Source: Acidobacteriota bacterium (lineage in GTDB: Bacteria > Acidobacteriota > UBA890 > WLXD01). Taken from it: a DNA stretch of 64,000 bases. Where the stretch lies: NCBI GenBank assembly GCA_965205505.1, contig CBDBHB010000007.1, forward strand, positions 512,001 through 576,000. The letters run 5' to 3'. This document shows positions 42,507-51,811 of this stretch, piece after piece (within the stretch, counting starts at the first letter, position 1; every line of letters starts with the position of its first letter). The translations under genes were made by a program, and so were the position numbers. The notes beneath the pieces were generated by a model. It ran no database searches. It saw only the letters and a program-made list of their open reading frames with translations, and had not been told where the DNA came from.

Positions 42507-42785
42507 CTAGCAGGCCGTGGTGGAAGTGTGGTGGGTCTGGTTACGGCGAGTTGGGGCCAGTTGCAAGGCGGCCTGACACAGGCGATGCCCTAGCCATCGT
42601 CCAGGAAGGCCAACGCCGCAAATGGCCCCAAATCGCCGTAACCCTTCGGGCGACAGGGGGTTGCGCGCGTATGCTGCGTCGTTCCTCGTCAACGATGGGG
42701 TTACCATCGCCTCCTCCTCTCTCCTCGCCTCCACTTCGCAAGACCCTGTCGCCAGACCCACCACACTTCCACCACGGCCTGCTAG
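42507..42785. mobile_element. MITE family A, full-length copy (279 bp)
   Basis: Perfect 34-bp TIR CTAGCAGGCCGTGGTGGAAGTGTGGTGGGTCTGG; two internal hairpin arms separated by CCCTTCGGG. Confidence 0.9.
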
Positions 42786-43041
42786 GAGCCATCGCCCGAC
42801 GGGCCCGGTCGGGTACCAGCTTGCATACGCTACTCAGCGATGTGGTCAGTCGTCTGAAGCCTATCGTCGGAGCGCGCGCGGGTCCACGACGCGCAAAACT
42901 ACGCGCGCTATGGGTACGTGTTGAGAGATGTCGGGCCAGTAGCGTAGGGTCTGGCGGACTCTCGCCACCGAACCAGGTCGGGAAGCGGCTGCGAACGTGG
43001 CCGCGATCCCCTCCGGGTGGCACCCCGACAGGAGATCCACG

Positions 43042-44042
43042 ATGCGCGATTCGCTTGGCCTCACGATCATCGCTGCAGTCGCCGCGATCGTCGCCGCCTG
43101 CGGCGCGCCCACCGATACCGTACCACCCACCGCGCAGATCGGCGATCTGCCGATGACCGGGTCGTTCACCCAAGGGCTCGCGCGCACGCTCACCGACAAC
43201 TCCTTCTCGACTGCCCGGGCGGCCGCATCGCCGCCGTCGGCACCGTCACTGCGCACGACGACACCACATGGATTGTTCCGGCGTCGACCGCGTTCCAGAC
43301 CGGCCCCAGGGCCGCGGACCTGTACAACGAGTGCGGCGGCACGATGCTGGCCAGCAGCGCCGAGATCGATCTCGAGGCGCTCCCGGTCACCGAGATCGAC
43401 CCCCACGGCGATGTGATCACCGTCTACGTCTTTGCCGACAACTATTTCGAGCTCTACGTCGCCGGTACGCTGGTCGCGGTCGACCCTGTCCCCTTCACGC
43501 CATTCAACTCGAACGTCGTGCGCTTTCGCGCCCAACGTCCGTTCGGCGTCGCCGTGCTGCTCGTCGATTGGGAGGAGAACCTCGGCCTGGGCTCCGAGCA
43601 GGGCCTGGGGTCGCCCTACCATCCGGGCGACGGAGGCTTCGTGGCACGCTTCGAGGATGACGCCGGGCACCCCATCGGCAAGACCTCGGCGGACTGGAAG
43701 GCGTTGACCCTGTACATCGCTCCGTTCGCCAACCCCGAATGCCTTGCCGTGCAGGGAATGCAGCGCCTCTCGCGCAACTGCCTCAGTGAAGTCACCGAAG
43801 GAGGAGACAATCTCTACGGTGTGCACTGGAATCTGCCCGAGGGGTGGACCCAGGAGAGCTTCGACGACCACGACTGGCCGGAGGCCAGGACGTTCACCAA
43901 CGAAACGGTCGGCGTCGACAATAAACCCGCCTACACCAACTTCCTCGACATCTGGGACGACCCGGAATTCGACCCGGTATTCATCTGGTCGGATAACCTC
44001 GTGCTGGACAACCTGGTCCTGGTGCGCGGCAGAATCGGCTAG
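43042..44042 (+). CDS. Lipoprotein of unknown function, frameshift near 43200
   Basis: RBS AGGAGA, lipobox VAAC; C-terminal ADNYFELYV, DPVPFTPFNS, FDDHDW, IWSDNLVLDN suggests a beta-sandwich. Confidence 0.65.
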
Positions 44043-44139
44043 TAGGCTGACCGGCGCTCTCCTATCGAACCGAATCCCCGCGAGAAGCCAATCCCCCAAA
44101 GAAGACGTGGCGCCAAGGGGACATGGCAGCAGGTCACAC

Positions 44140-44415
44140 GGGGCGCGAATGGAGGCGGCGCAGTTTCTGGTCGATCAGGAGATCGTCATGGTTGGCTCCG
44201 ATACTTGGGGAACAGAGGTGCTACCAAACCCTGATGCGTCATTGGCCTTTCCCGTGCACCAGTTGCTAATCGCGAAAAACGGTATCTACAACATGGAAAA
44301 CCTGGCGACTGAAGTGCTCGCCGACCGCCACACGAATGAATTCGTATTCGTGTACGCACCCCTTCCCCTGAAAGGGGCGCCAGGGTCACCGGGTAACCCC
44401 GTCGCTATTCGCTAG
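44140..44415 (+). pseudogene. Cyclase (kynurenine formamidase-like) C-terminal remnant
   Basis: EAAQFL...VGSDTWGTE...FPVHQLL...MENL...PLPLKGAPGSPGNPVAI; the N-terminal HxGTHxD region is absent. Confidence 0.7.
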
Positions 44416-44512
44416 TTGATAGGAACGAAGACATGGACACTGCCATTCTTCTGGCACCCGATCTGAATACGGTGTTCTTCAAAACCGAGAATATCTGGAC
44501 TGGAGGAATCCG

Positions 44513-46738
44513 ATGCTGAGACGAGTACTGACGATGAGCGCGGTGACGTTGATCGTGTGTGCGTTCGCATTAACGACGCAGCTCCTTACCTCGCCGGTCC
44601 AGGCACAAGATGTGCCGGAACCGAAGGCCATGGCCACTGCGGCCAGCATGGTGCCGACGTACGAAGCGGTCTGTGCCGATTGTCATGACAATCAGAGCGA
44701 CGAGATGGCACCCACTCCGGAGGCGCTCAGACAGATGGACCCGGAGCAGGTGCTCATTGCCCTGATGGAAGGGCCCATGGTGGAGTTCACGTCCGAGTTC
44801 ACGGACGGCGAGCTACGGGCGATGGCAGAACTGGTCACCGGCAAGCCTCTCGGTAGCTCCGTCGACCGCACCATCTATCCTGCAAGGATGGTCGGTGCGT
44901 TCGAAAACGGGTGTGCAGTCTGCCACGACAACTCACCTGCCGGTCGCCCCGTTTCGGGCGGCACCGCTCCCGCCAACATGCCCTCACGGTTCGATATTCA
45001 GCAGATGGAACCCGACGAGCTCCTGGCAGTGTTGAACCGACCGATCGCGGCACATGACGAGAGCGATCGCTTCCGGATCTGGGACGACGAGGAGTACACG
45101 CGTGCCGTCATCGAGCTCGTAACCGGCAAGCCGTTCGGCGGCGTTGCCCACCGCGAGGCGTCGGCCATGCCGAACCAGTGTGCCGAGTCCCTGAACCTGG
45201 ACAACTGGGACAACCAGCCCAGTTGGAACGGTTGGGATCCCGAGCTCGGTGTGCATCGGTTCGCGTCGGAGGCGGTCGGCGGGATCACCGCCGAGGACCT
45301 CCCGCGGCTGAAGCTGAAGTGGGTTTTCGCGATCCCGGATGCCTCGGTAGCTAACTGGTCGCAACCCAGCGTGGTGGGCGGTGCGCTGTTCATAACGAGC
45401 GACAACTTCTTCGTGTATGCGCTCGACGCCAAGACCGGCTGCGTTCACTGGTCGTATCGCGCGCAGACGGCGGTCCGGGGAGCGGTCAAGGTCGGCCCGG
45501 TCGATGATGTACCGGGGGTCCGACATGGCGCGTACTTTGGCGACATGAGCGGGGTCGTGTACGGCGTGAACGCCGAGACGGGCGAAGAGATGTGGAGCCT
45601 GCGCGCCGACGACCACCCACAGGCGAAGATCACATCCGCAGTGAGGCTCGATTCCTCAGGCGAGCGCCTGTATGTGCCGGTCGCGTCGTGGGAAGAACAG
45701 CCTGGTTCCTACGTCGAGTACGAGTGCTGCACGTTCCAGGGCAGCGTCGTGGCCGTCGACGTGAAGACCGGGGAGAAGGTCTGGCAAACGTACTCTTTTC
45801 CAGAACGGCCTCGGCCACTCAACAAGACGAACTCGGCCGGCACGCCGCTGTTCGGACCAGCCGGCGCCGGTATCTGGAGCTCGCTCACGATCGACGAGAA
45901 ACGGCGCGCCATCTATGCGCCCACCGGGAACTGCAACATCACCGAGCACTTCGGTGTCGGCAACGTGACCTTCGACGGCGGCGCCTGCGGCTCGATACTG
46001 GCCATCGACATGGATACCGGCCGACGGTTGTGGATGACCAATCTTCGTCCTGCGGCCTCGGATCGAGACGAAGGTGGCTGCGGCCGAGGTCCCGAGCGTC
46101 TGGTCAATTGCCCTGGCTACGTTCAGGGCCCGGGCGACGACGTCAACCAGGCGATCCTGCTCGACCTGCCGAACGGCCGCAGAGTGCTGCTGGGTGTACA
46201 GGAGAGCGGCCGCATCACCGCTTTGGATCCTGACAACGACGGGGCAGTCCTCTGGGTCGCCCAGGCCGGCGACCAGCTTGCGCCTAACGGCGCAGGTTGG
46301 GGCGGGGCTTCCGACGGCGAGCTCTTCTATCGTCCACTGAACTACCGGGACGCGACCGGAGCCGTTGCGGCGTTGCGGGTGACGACGGGCGAGCGCGTCT
46401 GGTACACGGAACTGCCGGGGCTGGAGGACTGCGACCTGCCGGGTTGGAACTCTTGCTCCTCGGGTATGACGGCGGCGGCAACCGCAGTGCCCGGCGCGGT
46501 AATCACCGGCTCGAGCGAAGGGACACTCCGTGCGTATTCGAAGGCGGACGGCGGGATTCTCTGGGAATACACCACGGAGAGAAGCTACGAAGCCGTCAAC
46601 GAAATACCGGCATTCGGGGGCGCGATTGGTGCCACCTCCCCGACGATCGTCGATGGGATGATGTACCTGGGATCCGGGTACGCGCTTTTCGGCAATAGGC
46701 CGGGGAATGTGCTATTGGCCTTCGGGATAGACGACTAG
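44513..46738 (+). CDS. Exported PQQ-dependent dehydrogenase (PVA-dehydrogenase-like) with two c-type heme motifs
   Basis: Signal peptide, CADCH and CAVCH, LKLKWVF, ALDAKTGCVHW repeats, ECCTFQG, GAGIWS. Confidence 0.88.
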   Translation: MLRRVLTMSAVTLIVCAFALTTQLLTSPVQAQDVPEPKAMATAASMVPTYEAVCADCHDNQSDEMAPTPEALRQMDPEQVLIALMEGPMVEFTSEFTDGELRAMAELVTGKPLGSSVDRTIYPARMVGAFENGCAVCHDNSPAGRPVSGGTAPANMPSRFDIQQMEPDELLAVLNRPIAAHDESDRFRIWDDEEYTRAVIELVTGKPFGGVAHREASAMPNQCAESLNLDNWDNQPSWNGWDPELGVHRFASEAVGGITAEDLPRLKLKWVFAIPDASVANWSQPSVVGGALFITSDNFFVYALDAKTGCVHWSYRAQTAVRGAVKVGPVDDVPGVRHGAYFGDMSGVVYGVNAETGEEMWSLRADDHPQAKITSAVRLDSSGERLYVPVASWEEQPGSYVEYECCTFQGSVVAVDVKTGEKVWQTYSFPERPRPLNKTNSAGTPLFGPAGAGIWSSLTIDEKRRAIYAPTGNCNITEHFGVGNVTFDGGACGSILAIDMDTGRRLWMTNLRPAASDRDEGGCGRGPERLVNCPGYVQGPGDDVNQAILLDLPNGRRVLLGVQESGRITALDPDNDGAVLWVAQAGDQLAPNGAGWGGASDGELFYRPLNYRDATGAVAALRVTTGERVWYTELPGLEDCDLPGWNSCSSGMTAAATAVPGAVITGSSEGTLRAYSKADGGILWEYTTERSYEAVNEIPAFGGAIGATSPTIVDGMMYLGSGYALFGNRPGNVLLAFGIDD

Positions 46739-46895
46739 TGCGCTCTGAGACTCCTTCTTTTTCTCCTCCCGTCTGTTCTCTTTGTTGAAGTCCACAGGGG
46801 ACGCTCGATTCCCCGCTAGATATGTTTCGGCGCGCATCGCCGATATTGGCCATCGAGCCATTGCCGAGACGTTTCAGCCGAGTATGAGCCACCTG

Positions 46896-46952
46896 GAACA
46901 CGCCCACCTGCTGTGCGGTGACACCGATCGCGGGTATCCCGACGGTCATGGC
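46896..46952 (-). repeat. 57-bp diverged copy of the cupin gene signal-peptide region (9328-9384)
   Basis: 51/57 nt match by manual alignment; GIPAIGVTAQQVGVF vs GIPAIGLAAQQVGVF. Confidence 0.8.
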
Positions 46953-46970
46953 GCCCCAGACGGCCTCGCG

Positions 46971-48308
46971 TTAGGAGACGACAATCAGCTCCGGTGCCAT
47001 CGTCGTGAGCGAGCGGCATCGACCCTTCTCGTAGACGTAGGTATCGATCAGCGCTGTGCTGCCGGTCGCGAAACTCTCGTAGTTGGTCACCTGGCGCTCT
47101 TGGAGGACCCAATCCAACCGATCCTCCTCGCCGACGGTAAATTCGAACCAACCGCACCAATCGGGGGGAAAGCTGATCCCCAGCTCATAGCCACCAAGCC
47201 AGCCAGGCATCTTGCCCTGCTGGCGCAGCTGCCAGGCACCGGTCTCCTTGTAGAACTCCCGCAAGGTCCGCGTCAGCTCGTTGAGCGGTAGGCCGGGCTT
47301 GGCGGTATCGTGAACAACGTTCATGGCCCGGCCGTTCATCTCGTAGAGATCCACCAGCTCCTGGGGTGGCTCACCGAGGAACAAGCCCCGGGAGGTATTG
47401 CAGTGGTAGCGATTCTTGACCCCACAGACATCGACGATGACGTGATCCCCCTGCTGGATTACGCGCTCGGATGCAATGCCGTGGATAAACTTGACGCCCC
47501 CTGCCTTGACGCAGCAGAGCAGGCCCGACATCCCTCCGCCGGCACGGGTCATGGCGCGCACCATCTCACCGTAGAGCTCTAGCTCTGTCACACCGGGCTG
47601 AAGGGCCTCTATGACTGCCTGCAGGCCGACGTCGGCAATCCGGCCCGCCTCCTCCACCACCTCGATCTCGGCCGGCGACTTGTGCACCTTGACCTCGACC
47701 ATGACGTCCGAAGCGTCGATGAGCTCGCAACCACGATCGCTGAACACCGCCTCGACCTGCTTCATGTGGAGGGGCCGCGGACGATAGCTGTTGTACTGCA
47801 GCCCGACCGTCCCGTTGAGCCACCCGGCTGCCTCCAGCTCCATGGCGTGACCCTCACAGGGGCGCTCACCACCGGGCCGGGGACGCCGGATATCCATGGC
47901 GGCGGAGGTCGCCGCCATGAGCTCATCGTGGGTGTCGAAGTGGATGAGGTTATCGTGGTCGACGTGTACGGCGGTGATCGAGCTCGGGCTCCAGTTTTTG
48001 GGACAGTTCTGCTGATACCAGCTCAGCTCCAGACCGTGCAGGTAGCACATGTCTTCGGGCATGGTGACGAACAACATGTCGATGTTGTCCTGCGCCATCC
48101 GATCCCGCACGCGGCGTAACCGCTCCTGATATTCAGCCTTGGAGAACGGCGGTGGCGGATGGGCACCGATCGTGGCTCCGGGCACCACCGTGCGGGGCGT
48201 CAAGCCGCCGCTCGGGGCCGCGTTCACCGTGCCAGAGGTGAGCATTCCCGCTGTTGTCGCTGCCGACGTTGCAAGAAAGGCGCGTCGATCGATCTGATGC
48301 TTGGCCAT
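46971..48308 (-). CDS. Tat-exported M24 family protein (creatinase/ectoine-hydrolase-like)
   Basis: DRRAFL, FSKAEYQERL, KSPAEI, PGVTELEL, DVCGVKNRYH, GYELGISFPPDW. Confidence 0.8.
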   Translation of the reverse strand: MAKHQIDRRAFLATSAATTAGMLTSGTVNAAPSGGLTPRTVVPGATIGAHPPPPFSKAEYQERLRRVRDRMAQDNIDMLFVTMPEDMCYLHGLELSWYQQNCPKNWSPSSITAVHVDHDNLIHFDTHDELMAATSAAMDIRRPRPGGERPCEGHAMELEAAGWLNGTVGLQYNSYRPRPLHMKQVEAVFSDRGCELIDASDVMVEVKVHKSPAEIEVVEEAGRIADVGLQAVIEALQPGVTELELYGEMVRAMTRAGGGMSGLLCCVKAGGVKFIHGIASERVIQQGDHVIVDVCGVKNRYHCNTSRGLFLGEPPQELVDLYEMNGRAMNVVHDTAKPGLPLNELTRTLREFYKETGAWQLRQQGKMPGWLGGYELGISFPPDWCGWFEFTVGEEDRLDWVLQERQVTNYESFATGSTALIDTYVYEKGRCRSLTTMAPELIVVS

Positions 48309-48449
48309 CTCGCCTCCGTGGGGTGGGGTGCATTGATCGTAGGGGCCTAGTGTGGTGCCGGGCCCATGGTGTTACCCAAGCAGGGTGAGCGCCTGAAGCC
48401 TATCGCCGATGCGCGCGGGGATCCAACGGAGAAGGACCACCGCGCTGCG

Positions 48450-48715
48450 CTGGCGTCAGGATGTCCTGGCCCGTTCGAGCGTGGGGGCCATCGTCACCGA
48501 CGTCGAGAGGCATGACGGTACCCGCAACACGGTTGTCGGCGCTGACGCCAGCTGCACGTTCATCGACCATCTCAACATCTCGGCCCTCGGTGCTCGTGCC
48601 ACCGACGATGAGTTGGAGGAGGGCAAGTTCGCCGGCCAGCTCCGCGTCGGGTGGGAAACCGAGGAGTTCAGAGCGATCTTCGATGTCTTGCGCATCGACA
48701 GCTTCACCAGCAACG
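48450..48715 (+). pseudogene. Possible outer-membrane beta-barrel (DUF5916-like) internal remnant
   Basis: RQDVLARSSVGAIVT...NTVVGADA amphipathic strands; no proper start or end. Confidence 0.3.
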
Positions 48716-48755
48716 TGCTCAACGCGCGCGCCATTGTCTTCGGGCCCATCGCGCG

Positions 48756-49154
48756 TCAGACTTGCCAGTTCTCTGCCCGCAGGCCGATGATTCGCGAGAA
48801 CTCGCGGACGTTGGCGGTCACCAGCACGCATTCGTGCGCGAGGGCGATGGACGCGATGAGCAGATCGTTGGCGCCGATCGGCTCTCCGCGGGCGGCGAGA
48901 TCGTGTCGGATCGTGCCGTAATCGGACGCGGCGTCGTCGTCGAACGGCAGCGAGCGGAAGGTCGCGAAGAATTCGTCGAGCAGGCGGAGGTTCTCGTTGA
49001 CTCGGCTGCTGCGCCGCGCCCCGAAGAGGAGCTCGGCCTTGACCACCGAGCACAGACAGATCTCCGACGGATGGTGGCGCCGCAGCGCATCGATCAGCGC
49101 CGGCGAGGTGCCGTTGAGAACCGCGATGCACGCGTTGGTGTCAAGCAGGTGCAT
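48756..49154 (-). CDS. vapC: PIN-domain toxin
   Basis: LLDTNACI, SVVKAELLFG, IGANDLLIA, LVTANVREF. Confidence 0.95.
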   Translation of the reverse strand: MHLLDTNACIAVLNGTSPALIDALRRHHPSEICLCSVVKAELLFGARRSSRVNENLRLLDEFFATFRSLPFDDDAASDYGTIRHDLAARGEPIGANDLLIASIALAHECVLVTANVREFSRIIGLRAENWQV

Positions 49155-49382
49155 CTACTCGAGGGACTCGCGGGATTCGAGCTCGGGCTGCGCCGCGCGC
49201 GCCAGCGGCTCGCCGTACCATGCCCCCGTAACCCGCGAGAAGAACTCCCCGGGCCAGTCATCCGCGACCTCGCGTTTGACCAGCTCGGCGAGGTAGGCCG
49301 AGACCGTCTTGCCCCTCGCCTCGGCGCGACGCTTGACCTCGCGGGCTACTTCTCGTGGCACGTACAGGTGCATCTGCGGCAT
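49155..49382 (-). CDS. vapB: Ribbon-helix-helix antitoxin
   Basis: MPQMHLYVP...AEARGKTVSAYLAELV; abuts vapC. Confidence 0.85.
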   Translation of the reverse strand: MPQMHLYVPREVAREVKRRAEARGKTVSAYLAELVKREVADDWPGEFFSRVTGAWYGEPLARAAQPELESRESLE

Positions 49383-49642
49383 CGACCTTCCCCCTCTCCG
49401 AGATGGCCACGCCGGACCGTTCTTCACGGTTCAGCTTCGGATTCGGTCATTTTGTACAAATCTATTCTACCACATACACTCCGCGAGAGCCCCTTTGACC
49501 GGCTCCCCGAAAACTGAGCCGGTGCGAGTGTGAGTTTCACAAGCTGCTGTCCGCTTTCGCCGTGGCGCTGTGTGTCGTCCACCGCTATGGTCCTACGGTG
49601 AAGGTGAGAAGTCCGCAACTCTTCGGGACGATGAGGTGGACC

Positions 49643-51778
49643 ATGTCGTCAGCGAGATCAACGGTTGACCCGCAACCTCGTAGTGACGCCCCCGGGGCAG
49701 CTCCGATCCACGGCACCATCCGCCGCTGCTTCAGCGGGCTGACGCTAGCCGCGTGCCTGCTGGTCAGCTCGGCCACGGTCGTGCCATCGGCAGCAGGGTC
49801 GAGAGGTCCGTACGGCTTGCGCACCGAGAAGGTGTGGATTCCGATGCCGGACGGCGTGCGGCTTTCCGCCACGCTGTACATGCCCGACGGGGGAGCGCCC
49901 GGGGAGAAGTTCTCGGCCGTGCTGAACTACCACCCCTATCGCAAGGACGACGGCAGCGGCAGGTCGAGCACCGACGCCTACTTTGCATCGCACGGCTTGG
50001 TGGGAGCGGTCGTCGACATTCGTGGCACCGGCAGCAGCGAGGGCAAGGCCATCGAGCACGAGTACTCGGACATCGAGCAGCGCGACGGCCTGGAGATCAT
50101 CGACTGGCTGTCCAAGCAACCTTGGTCGACGGGCAACGTCGGCATGCGGGGGCTATCGTGGAGCGGCTTCAACTCTATCCACATGGCGATGCGCAAGCCG
50201 CCGGCGCTTAAGGCCATCGTGCCGAACATGGCCAGCGACGACCTCTTCTACGACGACGTGCACTACTGGGACGGCATGGTGCACCACTCCACATGGGAGC
50301 AGGGCTTCGACGTCAGCATCGCGAGAAGCCGTACGCCCGATTTTCCGACCGACGAGGAGACGTTGGCGCAGCGCTTTGACTCGCCGCCGCCGACGCTCTT
50401 CTACATCGACAAGCAACGTGACAACCCCTACTGGGACGGCCGCTCGCTGAACACCGACTACAGCGCCGTCGACATCCCGACGATGATGATCGGCGGCTGG
50501 TACGACGGCTACCGGGACAGCCTGTTCCGCATGCTCGAGCACATGGACGTGCCGGTCAAAGCGATCGTCGGCCCCTGGACTCACACCTCGCCACAATCGG
50601 CTAGCCCCGGCCCGAGGATCGAGGGGCGCCACGAGATGGTGCGCTTCTTCGATCACTGGCTCAACGGCAAGGACACCGGGCTCATGGACGAGCCGCCCCT
50701 GTCGGTGTACGTACGCAACTGGTATGCGCCGCCGGGAACCGACCTGGAGGAGGTCCCCGGACAGTGGCGGATGGAAGAGTGGCCTCTGCCGCGCGCCGAG
50801 CCGCGACCGCTGTATCTGACCGACTCCGGCGAGCTGGCCGACGTGGCGCCGAGCCCAGGGCACCACGAGCTCGAGTACCGTCCGTCGATGGGCGCGGAGT
50901 TCGGGTCCCGCTGGTGGGGCAACTTCACGCCCGATCAGCGCGCGGTCGATGCGGCGGGAAGCCTCGTCTACGAGTCGGCCCCGCTCACCGAGGACCTCGA
51001 GATCCTCGGGTTTCCCATGGCGATGCTGCACGCCTCCGCATCGGCACCGCTGGCCAACTGGTTCGGACGACTGACCGACGTGGCGCCGGACGGCAGCGTG
51101 ACGCTGGTCACCGGCGGTGGCCTGAGCGGCGCGCGACGCGATCCGTCTACGGAACCGACGGCGCTGGAGCCCGGCAAGGTGTACCCACTGGAGCTGGAGC
51201 TACACGTGACCTCCTGGGTGTTCCCCAAGGGCCACAAGATCCGGCTGGCGATCTCCAACGCGTTCTTCCCGCTCAACTGGCCGACGCCGTATCCGATGAC
51301 CACGTCGCTGTATTTTGGCGGCGATCGGATTTCCAAGCTCGTGCTTCCCACGGTGCCCTACGAGGCCCGCCCGAAGCCCGAGTTTCTCCCGGTGCAACCG
51401 AATCCACCGTCCGAGAACGTGAGGTACTTGCCGGGCTCGTCTTCACGGAAGGTCGACCGCGACGAGGAGAGTGGACGGACACGTATCTCGGTGCGCAGCA
51501 CCAGCGCCGGCGACTACCCGTGGGGAAGGCGAGCTTCGGACCAGAACCTGATCTACGACATCGACGACGATCGGCCCGAGGCGGCGGAGCTACACAGCGA
51601 CAACAGCATCACGTTGATCCTGGAAGGTGGATCACGCGTGCTCGTGTATCGCGGCTGGATGGACTTCGAGGGCGACCACGACAACTTCTACTATCGCTAC
51701 CGCCGCACGCTGCTCGAGAACGGCATTCAGATCCGCGAGAAGCAGTGGGAGAAGACCGTCCCCCGGGACCACCACTAG
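49643..51778 (+). CDS. Exported CocE/NonD family hydrolase; start uncertain
   Basis: IPMPDGVRLSA, PYRKDD, DIRGTGSSEG, GLSWSG, GGWYD, GPWTH. Confidence 0.9.
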   Translation: MSSARSTVDPQPRSDAPGAAPIHGTIRRCFSGLTLAACLLVSSATVVPSAAGSRGPYGLRTEKVWIPMPDGVRLSATLYMPDGGAPGEKFSAVLNYHPYRKDDGSGRSSTDAYFASHGLVGAVVDIRGTGSSEGKAIEHEYSDIEQRDGLEIIDWLSKQPWSTGNVGMRGLSWSGFNSIHMAMRKPPALKAIVPNMASDDLFYDDVHYWDGMVHHSTWEQGFDVSIARSRTPDFPTDEETLAQRFDSPPPTLFYIDKQRDNPYWDGRSLNTDYSAVDIPTMMIGGWYDGYRDSLFRMLEHMDVPVKAIVGPWTHTSPQSASPGPRIEGRHEMVRFFDHWLNGKDTGLMDEPPLSVYVRNWYAPPGTDLEEVPGQWRMEEWPLPRAEPRPLYLTDSGELADVAPSPGHHELEYRPSMGAEFGSRWWGNFTPDQRAVDAAGSLVYESAPLTEDLEILGFPMAMLHASASAPLANWFGRLTDVAPDGSVTLVTGGGLSGARRDPSTEPTALEPGKVYPLELELHVTSWVFPKGHKIRLAISNAFFPLNWPTPYPMTTSLYFGGDRISKLVLPTVPYEARPKPEFLPVQPNPPSENVRYLPGSSSRKVDRDEESGRTRISVRSTSAGDYPWGRRASDQNLIYDIDDDRPEAAELHSDNSITLILEGGSRVLVYRGWMDFEGDHDNFYYRYRRTLLENGIQIREKQWEKTVPRDHH

Positions 51779-51810
51779 CAGGCCGTAGTGAAAGTGTAGT
51801 GGGTCTGGTT
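51775..51810. mobile_element. Solo terminal repeat of MITE family A
   Basis: CTAGCAGGCCGTAGTGAAAGTGTAGTGGGTCTGGTT fills the gap between two convergent stops. Confidence 0.8.
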
Positions 51811-51811
51811 G

